Source of the DNA: Pseudomonadota bacterium
GTDB lineage: Bacteria; Pseudomonadota; Alphaproteobacteria; Sphingomonadales; Sphingomonadaceae
Length of the DNA stretch: 64,000 nucleotides
Direction of reading: 5' to 3'
NCBI GenBank assembly: GCA_039814925.1
Contig: JBCCAH010000010.1
Location: 21,606-85,605, forward strand
Shown here piece by piece: positions 1 to 7,808 of this stretch; within the stretch, counting starts at the first letter, position 1, and the number at the start of each line of letters is the position of its first letter. Position numbers and translations under genes: made by a program. The notes beneath the pieces were generated by a model that was not told the DNA's origin, ran no database searches, and worked only from the letters and a program-made list of their open reading frames with translations.

Positions 1-790
1 CGCCTGCGCGGTCAAACATCCGCTCCAGATTATCAGCGTCTGCGAGCGACAACGCGCCCGCCGGAATGGGACTGGTGCGCTCGGGGAAGCTGGTGCCGCC
101 GGTGTGCGGGTTCCGGCTGCGATCCGTGCCGACCGAACGGATAACAGTCGCCACCGCGCCCTTGCTCGCCGCGATACTGGGGCCGAACCAACGCACAGGG
201 CCGGCAAAGCCATAATGCGAGCCATCCATCGAAGGGCGCATCTGGTGGGTGATATAGGCGATCTTGCCATCGAGCGCGCCGTCTTCGAGCGCGGACAGCG
301 CCGCGACACTCTCGAACTCGACCACTTCGGCTTCAATACCGTCAGGACCACTCGAGGCGCTGTTACCCAGCGGTTGGATCACCATGGGCTGCGCAAAGGG
401 GCTGATCACTTCGACTTTGTGCGTTTCGCCCGGCACCCAGGTTTCCATATCGAAGGGTTCGGCGGCCACGTTGGCAAATCCTTGCGCCTTCAGCCACGCC
501 ATCGCCCAATCGCGCGCCCGCGCCTCGGCCTCGGTCCCCGCTTGGCGCGGGCCGACTTCGGTGGTGATGCCTTCAACAAAGTCAAACGCTGTCGTGTCGC
601 GATCCAGCGCATCGGTGGCGACCGCCTCAAGCGATGGGGGCGCGGATGCGGCGGTTTGGGCGGCGCTCTCTTGCCCCCGCCCTTGCGCGGCTTCGAAAGC
701 GGACTGCGCGTAAGCGACCGACGACGAGGCCATAAGCGCCGACGCGCTGAGGAGCATCAAGGAACGAGCGGAAGAAAGGCTATGAGTCAT
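1..790 (-). CDS. M28-family peptidase (carboxypeptidase Q-like, with PA domain), 5' part only; runs off the window start
   Basis: Manual translation from ATG at 790: MTHSLSSARSLMLLSASALMASSSVAYAQ (signal peptide) ... FVEGITTEVGPRQAGTEAEARARDWA ... LDGKIAYI ... AASKGAVATVIRSVGT ... PHTG ... IPAGALS. Not in the ORF track (no stop in window). Catalytic residues lie outside the window. Confidence 0.75.
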   Translation of the reverse strand, partial: MTHSLSSARSLMLLSASALMASSSVAYAQSAFEAAQGRGQESAAQTAASAPPSLEAVATDALDRDTTAFDFVEGITTEVGPRQAGTEAEARARDWAMAWLKAQGFANVAAEPFDMETWVPGETHKVEVISPFAQPMVIQPLGNSASSGPDGIEAEVVEFESVAALSALEDGALDGKIAYITHQMRPSMDGSHYGFAGPVRWFGPSIAASKGAVATVIRSVGTDRSRNPHTGGTSFPERTSPIPAGALSLADADNLERMFDRAG

Positions 791-837
791 CCGCGCCGCG
801 CTATCTTGCGCGAGGCATAGTGTCCAGCGTGGCGCGA

Positions 838-2091
838 CTAGCGACCGCCCAGGGCAGCGCGCGCCGCGACGTCGATGTCCCCGGTCTGCTCTTCAACGGC
901 GAAGTCACTCGCGCGTTTGCCAAAAGCGGCCTGGTTGCCCGCTTCCGATCCGGCAAGGACGACGCAATCTCGGCCCGCATCCTTTGCAGCGTAGAGCGCC
1001 GCATCCGCGCGCTTGAACGCGTCGGTGTAGGATTCATGCGGATGCCATTCCGCGACACCAAAACTCGACGTGATCCTAATCTCTTGCGTGCCCCAAGGCA
1101 CCATCGTCCGGTCGATCGCGCGCCGCAGGCGGTTCGCAAGCGATTGGCCGTTTGCGCCATCGCACTTAAAGGCCACGACGCAAAACTCTTCGCCACCGAT
1201 GCGTCCACACAGGTCTTTGTCGCGCAGTTCCCCGGCGATCAGTTGGCCAAAGGCGGCGATCACTCGGTCCCCGGCTGCGTGACCGTGGGTGTCGTTCACG
1301 CGTTTGAAATTGTCGATATCGGCAATGATGAGCGTTAAAGGCGCTCCGCGGTCGCGCGCTATCTTTTGCAGTTCGCCGACTTCGGCTTCAAAGCGCGCGC
1401 GCATCGGCAGCCCGGAAAGCGGGTCCATCGCGGCAAGATCGCGGTCCGCTTCGGATTTGTCGCCCAACACGGTCGCAATCAGCACAACCGCTTGCACCGA
1501 CAAGAAGATCGCGAGGACCAGCACGTGGATGCCGAGGAGCAGCGCAGCCCCTTCTTCGCCGGGGCCAAACAGCGGGTCTGAAAACACGGTCAACAACGGC
1601 CGGATGAAGCCAAAAACGCAAAACAGCGACAGGACCCAGATCAGGGCGCGATCCGCCAATCGCCGAGATCCCGCGTGCCACAGGTTTTGCGCGGTCAACG
1701 CCATAAGCAAGCTGGAGTTGACGTTCTGAGCCAGCATCATCGCGTCGCGTTCACCGGCGGAAATGCACGCCCACAGGATCGCGGATGTGAACACCACGCT
1801 GGCGGCATAGGCTCCAATAGGCGTTTTCAACCCAACGCGATGCGCGGTGCCCCAGAGCAGCGCGATCAAGCCGGACATCGAAAGCAGATGATAGGCCACG
1901 ATACCACCAGGCGTTATCGCCTGGAAAATGAGGATGTTGATCATGACGCCCGCGCCCAGCGCGGCGTAGCAATAGGCGTAGGCGGCGACGTGCAGGCGAG
2001 ACCGATCTTGCCACCAAAGCACGCCAAAAACGCTCGCGAAAATCATCGCGAGCGCCGGAATGATAAAGGTGAGGATTAATGCCTGCATCAA
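838..2091 (-). CDS. Membrane-anchored diguanylate cyclase (GGDEF domain)
   Basis: Multi-TM N-terminus; DPLSGL, DIDNFKRVNDTHGHAAGD, RDKD I-site then GRIGGEEF, KRADAALYAAK. Confidence 0.93.
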   Translation of the reverse strand: MMQALILTFIIPALAMIFASVFGVLWWQDRSRLHVAAYAYCYAALGAGVMINILIFQAITPGGIVAYHLLSMSGLIALLWGTAHRVGLKTPIGAYAASVVFTSAILWACISAGERDAMMLAQNVNSSLLMALTAQNLWHAGSRRLADRALIWVLSLFCVFGFIRPLLTVFSDPLFGPGEEGAALLLGIHVLVLAIFLSVQAVVLIATVLGDKSEADRDLAAMDPLSGLPMRARFEAEVGELQKIARDRGAPLTLIIADIDNFKRVNDTHGHAAGDRVIAAFGQLIAGELRDKDLCGRIGGEEFCVVAFKCDGANGQSLANRLRRAIDRTMVPWGTQEIRITSSFGVAEWHPHESYTDAFKRADAALYAAKDAGRDCVVLAGSEAGNQAAFGKRASDFAVEEQTGDIDVAARAALGGR

Positions 2092-2246
2092 GAATCCATG
2101 GTTTCAGCCACGATCCTGTTGGCACAAGAGAGTTAATCCTATGCAAAGATACGAAAAGCAATGCTCAGAAATAGTACGAAAACGTGCAGCACACTCTGAT
2201 TACAATTGATCGGCTTCGCGCGTTGCAACGCGTTTTGCCAAGAGAT

Positions 2247-3503
2247 TTAGGCTGCGTCTTGTTCCGAGGGTGCCGAGCCGCCGCTCTGCATAGCGGGCAG
2301 CTGTTTCGAAGATGAGGATGCCGAAGCTGACCCTGCTCTTGCGACGGGCGCTTTATCCGCGTTCACAACACAGTCTCGGCCTGACGATTTGGCCTCGTAG
2401 AGCGCTGCATCGGCCCTGGCGAACAGTTTGCCAAAGCCCTCGCCTTGCCGCCACGCCGTCACGCCAAAGCTGGCTGTGAGACGGATGTCTGGTCCCAGGC
2501 CCTCGATTTCCTGATCGGCAAACCGTCGGCGTATTCGATTGGCGAGCCCTTCGGCGGCGCCGTGTTCGCAGTTATAGACAAGGATGCAGAACTCCTCGCC
2601 TCCGATCCGACCGCACAAATCGGTGCCGCGCACGGTATCGTCGATCAGCCTACCAAAGGTCGCAATCGCTTGATCCCCGGCCTGATGTCCCCAGATGTCA
2701 TTCACGCGTTTGAAGTGGTCGATATCGACGACGATCATGCAGATGGACAGGTCCCGGTCGACATTGTCCTCCAGCATATCCATCGCCGCGCTTTCAAAAC
2801 TTCGACGCATCTTGAGCCCGGACAGCGGATCAATTTCCGCTTCTTCACTCGCTGTGCGCCATTGATCGTAGACAACGGCCGCCACGAATGAGAGCGCCAG
2901 CACGAGGGAGTCGACCCCCATGAACAGCATCAGCACCGCGTAATAGTCAGAAGCGCGATAGGCCTCCGCGCTCATCGGCCCTCCAAGGATAATAGCGATC
3001 TGAGGGCGAACAAAAAACTGGATCGCGGTGACAACCATCAACCAGAAGATGACCTTGTCCAGCGTGGTGCGCTTTTCCGCGCGGCCAATCACTTGCGCGC
3101 TCAGTGCAAACATCAGACCGTAACCGGTGTTCGCCGCCATAAGGCGCGCATTCATATCGGGACTAAAGCTGCCGGCGAACATCAGCGCCCCGGATAACGC
3201 GCCAATCGCCACGATCCACGGAACTGAAAAGTTCTGACCCACGCGCGCCGCCGCGCCCCAGCACACCAGTCCCGTGGACGTGCAATAGATGAGGTGCATG
3301 AACAAAGCCCAGGCGGCCGCGTCGGGATCGGGCGTAAGGTGAAAGACCAGAAAGCCGCTCGCCATCAGGAAGTGGCCGAGGCTGAAAGCCAGCACACTTT
3401 TGTCGTCAGGATCGCGCTTCCATAGGGCGAGGAAGATCGAAGCGAAAATCGCCGCAATCATCGGATTCAAAAGCCCCATTATGGTCTCAGACACTTGCGA
3501 CAC
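2247..3503 (-). CDS. Membrane-anchored diguanylate cyclase (GGDEF domain), paralog of 838-2091
   Basis: GTG start with AAGGA RBS; multi-TM N-terminus; DIDHFKRVNDIWGHQAGD, RGTD I-site then GRIGGEEF. Confidence 0.93.
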   Translation of the reverse strand: MSQVSETIMGLLNPMIAAIFASIFLALWKRDPDDKSVLAFSLGHFLMASGFLVFHLTPDPDAAAWALFMHLIYCTSTGLVCWGAAARVGQNFSVPWIVAIGALSGALMFAGSFSPDMNARLMAANTGYGLMFALSAQVIGRAEKRTTLDKVIFWLMVVTAIQFFVRPQIAIILGGPMSAEAYRASDYYAVLMLFMGVDSLVLALSFVAAVVYDQWRTASEEAEIDPLSGLKMRRSFESAAMDMLEDNVDRDLSICMIVVDIDHFKRVNDIWGHQAGDQAIATFGRLIDDTVRGTDLCGRIGGEEFCILVYNCEHGAAEGLANRIRRRFADQEIEGLGPDIRLTASFGVTAWRQGEGFGKLFARADAALYEAKSSGRDCVVNADKAPVARAGSASASSSSKQLPAMQSGGSAPSEQDAA

Positions 3504-3537
3504 CGTTCCTTTGCCTGATCAGCTATTTCAAAAAGCG

Positions 3538-3553
3538 GTTAACAACGCCCTAA
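3538..3553 (-). promoter_or_regulatory. Putative CtrA-binding site
   Basis: Minus strand TTAG-GGCGTTG-TTAAC, one mismatch to TTAA-N7-TTAAC, about 35 nt upstream of the GGDEF start at 3503. Confidence 0.5.
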
Positions 3554-3658
3554 GTGGCTGTCTGGATGGAGAGATTTTCTCGCCTTGCCCTCCCATCCCT
3601 GGCCGCCTATTTGGCACCCAAGAATTCCACGCAATTTCCGATCCAAAAGGACGACCCA

Positions 3659-5332
3659 ATGGCCGCGCAATACGCCTATGTGATGAAGGGCATGACCAAG
3701 AGCTTCCCAGGAGCTCAAAAACCCGTGCTCTCCAACATCAATCTGCAGTTTTACCAAGGCGCGAAAATCGGCATCGTTGGCCCCAACGGCGCGGGCAAAT
3801 CGACGCTGATGAAAATCATGGCCGGGATCGACAAGGATATCACCGGCGAAGCGTGGGCGGGTGAAAACATCACCGTCGGCTATCTGCCGCAGGAACCGCA
3901 GCTCGACGAGAGCAAGACCGTGCTCGAAAACGTCAAGGACGGCGCGCGCGAAACCGCCGATCTGGTTGAGCGCTTTAACGCGGTCTCCGCGCAGATGGCC
4001 GAACCCGACGCCGATTTTGAAGCCTTGGGCGACGAAATGGCGGAACTCCAGACCAAGATTGACGCGGTCGATGGCTGGACGCTCGACAACCAGCTTGAGA
4101 TCGCCATGGAAGCCCTGCGCTGCCCCCCTTCGGACTCGCCGGTCGATAACCTGTCGGGCGGGGAAAAGCGCCGCGTCGCGCTCACCCGTCTGCTGATCCA
4201 GAAACCGTCCATCCTGCTGCTGGACGAGCCGACCAACCACCTTGATGCCGAAAGCGTCGAGTGGCTTGAAAACCACCTTAAGGAATACGCCGGCGCCGTC
4301 CTGATGATCACCCACGATCGCTACTTCCTGGACAACGTCGTCGAATGGATTCTCGAACTCGATCGCGGCACCTACTACCCGTATGAAGGCAATTACTCGA
4401 CCTATCTCGAGAAGAAGGCCAAGCGGATGGAGCAGGAAAGCCGCGAGGAATCGGGCAAGCAGAAAGCGCTCGCCCGCGAGCTGGAATGGATCCGTCAAAC
4501 GCCCTCCGCGCGCCAGACCAAATCCAAGGCGCGTATCCGCAAGTTTGAAGAGCTACAGGACGCGCAAGGCAACCGCGCGCCGGGCAAAGCGCAGATCGTC
4601 ATCCAGGTGCCCGAACGTCTGGGCGGCAAGGTGATCGAGGCGAAGAACATCTCGAAAGCCTATGGCGACAAGCTATTGTTCGAAAACCTCTCCTTTATGC
4701 TGCCGCCGGGCGGCATTGTCGGCGTGATCGGCCCCAACGGCGCGGGCAAATCCACTTTGTTCCGCATGATTACGGGGCAAGAGACACCCGACAGCGGCTC
4801 CATCGAGATCGGTGACACCGTCCACCTTGGCTATGTCGACCAGTCGCGCGACGACCTTGATCCCAGCAAGAACGTCTGGGAGGAAATTTCCGACGGGCTC
4901 GATTACATGCAGGTCAACGGCCACGACACCTCGACGAGGGCATACGTGGGCGCGTTCAATTTCAAAGGCGGCGACCAACAGAAGAATGTCGGCAAGCTAT
5001 CAGGCGGCGAACGCAACCGCGTGCACATGGCCAAGATGCTGAAACAAGGCGGCAACGTCCTGCTGCTCGACGAACCGACCAACGACCTCGACGTCGAGAC
5101 CCTAGGGGCCCTTGAGGACGCGATCGAAAACTTCGCCGGCTGCGCCGTGGTCATCTCGCACGACCGCTTCTTCCTCGACCGCCTCGCAACGCACATTCTG
5201 GCGTTTGAGGGCAACTCCCACGTGGAATGGTTTGAGGGCAACTTTGAAGCGTATGAGGAAGATAAGCGGCGTCGTCTGGGCGATGCGGCGGATCGGCCTA
5301 CAAGGCTGGCTTATAAGAAGTTGACGCGCTAA
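3659..5332 (+). CDS. ettA: Energy-dependent translational throttle protein EttA (ABC-F)
   Basis: MAAQYAYVMKGMTK start at 3659; two GPNGAGKST Walker A and two LSGGE signatures, no TM segments. Confidence 0.95.
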   Translation: MAAQYAYVMKGMTKSFPGAQKPVLSNINLQFYQGAKIGIVGPNGAGKSTLMKIMAGIDKDITGEAWAGENITVGYLPQEPQLDESKTVLENVKDGARETADLVERFNAVSAQMAEPDADFEALGDEMAELQTKIDAVDGWTLDNQLEIAMEALRCPPSDSPVDNLSGGEKRRVALTRLLIQKPSILLLDEPTNHLDAESVEWLENHLKEYAGAVLMITHDRYFLDNVVEWILELDRGTYYPYEGNYSTYLEKKAKRMEQESREESGKQKALARELEWIRQTPSARQTKSKARIRKFEELQDAQGNRAPGKAQIVIQVPERLGGKVIEAKNISKAYGDKLLFENLSFMLPPGGIVGVIGPNGAGKSTLFRMITGQETPDSGSIEIGDTVHLGYVDQSRDDLDPSKNVWEEISDGLDYMQVNGHDTSTRAYVGAFNFKGGDQQKNVGKLSGGERNRVHMAKMLKQGGNVLLLDEPTNDLDVETLGALEDAIENFAGCAVVISHDRFFLDRLATHILAFEGNSHVEWFEGNFEAYEEDKRRRLGDAADRPTRLAYKKLTR

Positions 5333-5341
5333 TAATGGTGC

Positions 5342-6088
5342 ATGCCGCGTTGGGAATTAGTCGAAAAGTCTGAGAGCTGGTTTTTCAATGCGCCTCTAGC
5401 GCAAATTGGCAAGCGTCTTTCGATTGCCTACCTTCTTATACTTGGTTTTTTGGTTGTATTTGCGACGGATAAGAGCTCTTGGCCCAAATTGAATGAGCTG
5501 GGCGATTTCTTGGCTGGAGCATTTGCACCAATCGCTTTGCTTTGGCTGGTGCTGGGCTTCTTCCAACAGGGAAGGGAACTGCGCAACAGCGCTAGATCGC
5601 TAGAACTGCAAGGCCAAGCTCTCAAGAACCAAGTTAAAGAGCTAAATGCCTCGGTTGAACAAAGTAGGCTATTGGCAAAAGCTGCACAAGAACAACTAGA
5701 GCTAGATCGCCGATTATTTCACGCAAAAATGGAAGAAGACAAGGCGCAGCAACTACCTATGCTCATAGCCGAAGCTTCAATTCATCACACAGAGCATAAT
5801 TATTCTACTATATTATTCACTCTCTCCAATGAGGGTGGTGAAATCACTGAAGTCAATATTATGTACGAGGACTTTCTCAGGAAGAAGCAGCGAGCATTTT
5901 TCTCAAGGATCCACAGAGATGGGACTGAGAATGCCCTATTAGAGAAAATTCCCGACAATGCACGAACTCTTATTCAAGTTACCTACAGAGACTCCCTGGG
6001 TAAGGTCCGTAAAGATACCTGGCCATGTGGATTGTCGTATGCTGATGGCGAAGTGCAAGTCGCCTTACCAAGGCGTCCATTAGGATAA
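5342..6088 (+). CDS. Hypothetical membrane protein, AT-rich; two TM helices plus coiled coil
   Basis: 248-aa ORF; LGDFLAGAFAPIALLWLVLGFFQQGREL motif; GC 21/60 at 5761-5820 vs 40/60 at 4141-4200. Confidence 0.75.
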   Translation: MPRWELVEKSESWFFNAPLAQIGKRLSIAYLLILGFLVVFATDKSSWPKLNELGDFLAGAFAPIALLWLVLGFFQQGRELRNSARSLELQGQALKNQVKELNASVEQSRLLAKAAQEQLELDRRLFHAKMEEDKAQQLPMLIAEASIHHTEHNYSTILFTLSNEGGEITEVNIMYEDFLRKKQRAFFSRIHRDGTENALLEKIPDNARTLIQVTYRDSLGKVRKDTWPCGLSYADGEVQVALPRRPLG

Positions 6089-6179
6089 GCCATGTCATCG
6101 CACATTCACATAGGTCGTATCGTGGTTTTGCTAGTCGTCGCAATGAACATGGCGATTGGTCAAGACACGGACACTGCCC

Positions 6180-6701
6180 TCACCCCAACGGCACATTCCC
6201 CTTCATCACCTCGCTGGTGAAGCGCATCAGGTCCCAGACCGCGTATTCGCGCGCTTCGTCCGATAGGTCGGTGCGATGCGCGAATTCGCGCAGTTTCTCG
6301 CGCTGCATGGTGACCAGTCCGTCGGCGTAGCCGTTTGCGGCGGCGGGGTTGAACAGGACCATACCGAAGCCCGAACTCGCCAGCGCCTCACGCACCGGAT
6401 CGTCCTTGGGACGCTGCAACAGGGTTCTGAGGCTGCGCTCATCCTTAAGCAGCGACATTTTGTTGCCCGCCATATTGGGCTCGAGCCCGACCTTGCGCAG
6501 CAGCGTGCCGATCTCCGGATCGTCCCATAGGCACGGCGCGAAGATCGAGCCGATATCAAAGTCCAGATTGATCCCCAGCGCCTCGGACAGAACGCCAATC
6601 GCATCGTCGGTGCGGCGATCCATTTCCTCCGGCGACATATCGGCCGGAACCGCGCGCGGCGCTGGCTGCGGCTGCGGTTTAACTTTCTTGCGTCCAAACA
6701 T
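6180..6701 (-). CDS. Hypothetical protein
   Basis: ATG at 6701 preceded by GGGGAG RBS; 173 aa with host-like codon use. Confidence 0.7.
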   Translation of the reverse strand: MFGRKKVKPQPQPAPRAVPADMSPEEMDRRTDDAIGVLSEALGINLDFDIGSIFAPCLWDDPEIGTLLRKVGLEPNMAGNKMSLLKDERSLRTLLQRPKDDPVREALASSGFGMVLFNPAAANGYADGLVTMQREKLREFAHRTDLSDEAREYAVWDLMRFTSEVMKGNVPLG

Positions 6702-6801
6702 GGTGTGCTCCCCTGATCCCTTGGTGTTCAGCCAAGACACTACCGGGACAAGGTTAACAAACGGATTTGATGGGACAAAATGGAGTTACAGAGGAACCGC
6801 G

Positions 6802-7016
6802 TTTTCCTACTCGCCCCGCCTCCGCTACGCTGCGCCCGGCTCTTTTTCATCGTTGGTCCGGCCTGACAGATCGCTGTTCAGAACCTCTCCCATTGGCCCT
6901 AGCCGAGGGCGAAAGAGAGTTGGAGAAGTGTCAAGCGGCTCTCTGGAGACACATTCCAATAATATCAGCGGGTTATCGCAGTCTCCTCTGCTTGACACCT
7001 GCCAAATGTGTCAAGC
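6802..7016 (+). repeat. Non-coding dispersed element, copy A
   Basis: TTTTCCTAC 6802-6810; TTGGAGAAGTGTCAAGC 6920-6936; AATAATATCAGCGGGTTA 6958-6975; perfect IR GCTTGACAC-N9-GTGTCAAGC 6990-7016. Confidence 0.65.
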
Positions 7017-7026
7017 AAATCGGCGC

Positions 7027-7647
7027 TTAAGGAGCGACCCAGCGGCCTAGCCAACCGTCATCCCCATCGCGGGAAAACTGCGCGCGAGCGTGACCGGTGT
7101 GAGCGAGATACAGCCAGTCGAGCTCGTTCAAGGTGATACGCAGCACCGCAAAGTTGTCGCGAGCGGGCACGAGTTGCTCGTCCGTTGGCTCAACACCCTC
7201 CAACTCAGCCGGTAAGCCCGAAGTGGGCGCGTCCGAGGCCGCCCCCGGGCTCTCGCCCATGTAACACCGGCGGGCAAAGTTGCTGCCATTGTCCCATGCG
7301 GTGTCCGTCACCGGTGCATCACGCAAGATCTCAGCGATGCCGCGCACGCGGATCTGGATCTTGGCGCCCTTGTCGTAAAACAGCACGGCGACGCGCGGGT
7401 CCGCTTCAATCGGGGCCACCTTGGGCGCGCGGGTGTCGGTGTGGAAACGCAAGGTCCAAGCCTGGCTGTCAAACTCGCGCAAGACCATGGTGCGCGCATC
7501 CACATCGCTGGTGATCACCGCCGGCGTGTGCATTGGCACCTTGCGGTCCTTCGCGGCGCGAATCAGGCGGTTGGTCAGGTCGGTGCGAACTTCATCAAGA
7601 TCTTCAAACATGGGCAGCGATGTGGCCTTGGGAGGGTGAAAGAACAA
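7027..7647 (-). CDS. Pyridoxamine 5'-phosphate oxidase-family FMN-binding protein
   Basis: ARTMVLREFD, FHTDTRAPKV, VAVLFYD, QIRVRG, ELDWLYL; a start at ATG 7611 is also possible. Confidence 0.8.
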   Translation of the reverse strand: MFFHPPKATSLPMFEDLDEVRTDLTNRLIRAAKDRKVPMHTPAVITSDVDARTMVLREFDSQAWTLRFHTDTRAPKVAPIEADPRVAVLFYDKGAKIQIRVRGIAEILRDAPVTDTAWDNGSNFARRCYMGESPGAASDAPTSGLPAELEGVEPTDEQLVPARDNFAVLRITLNELDWLYLAHTGHARAQFSRDGDDGWLGRWVAP

Positions 7648-7808
7648 GCTTCGGGCGGAAAAATCGGCCCAAACCCGTCGTTCATAAAAATAAATGTTTA
7701 GATTAACGACTTCCTGACAGACCGGTTAAGTTTGGCGACAGTCTGAGCTTGGTAACAGAACGTATCAACCAAGTCGCAGGTGGTGGGGCGGCAACACTGG
7801 AGGCATTT

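Noticed and set aside
104-820. 238-aa plus-strand ORF at the window start
   Set aside because: Antisense to the M28 peptidase frame, which has clear family motifs
2225-2240. Sigma54-like TGGCA...TTGC upstream of the first GGDEF gene
   Set aside because: GG and GC are separated by 11 nt rather than the required 10
5202-5242. Direct repeat TTTGAGGGCAACT at the ettA 3' end as an att or target duplication
   Set aside because: Both copies are in frame and encode FEGN; explained by protein sequence
6093-6221. Small plus-strand ORF after the AT-rich gene
   Set aside because: Overlaps the convergent gene's 3' end; no clear RBS or motif
6990-7016. 9-9-9 inverted repeat as a CIRCE/HrcA operator
   Set aside because: Geometry matches but the sequence (GCTTGACAC) does not match TTAGCACTC, and there is no chaperone gene nearby
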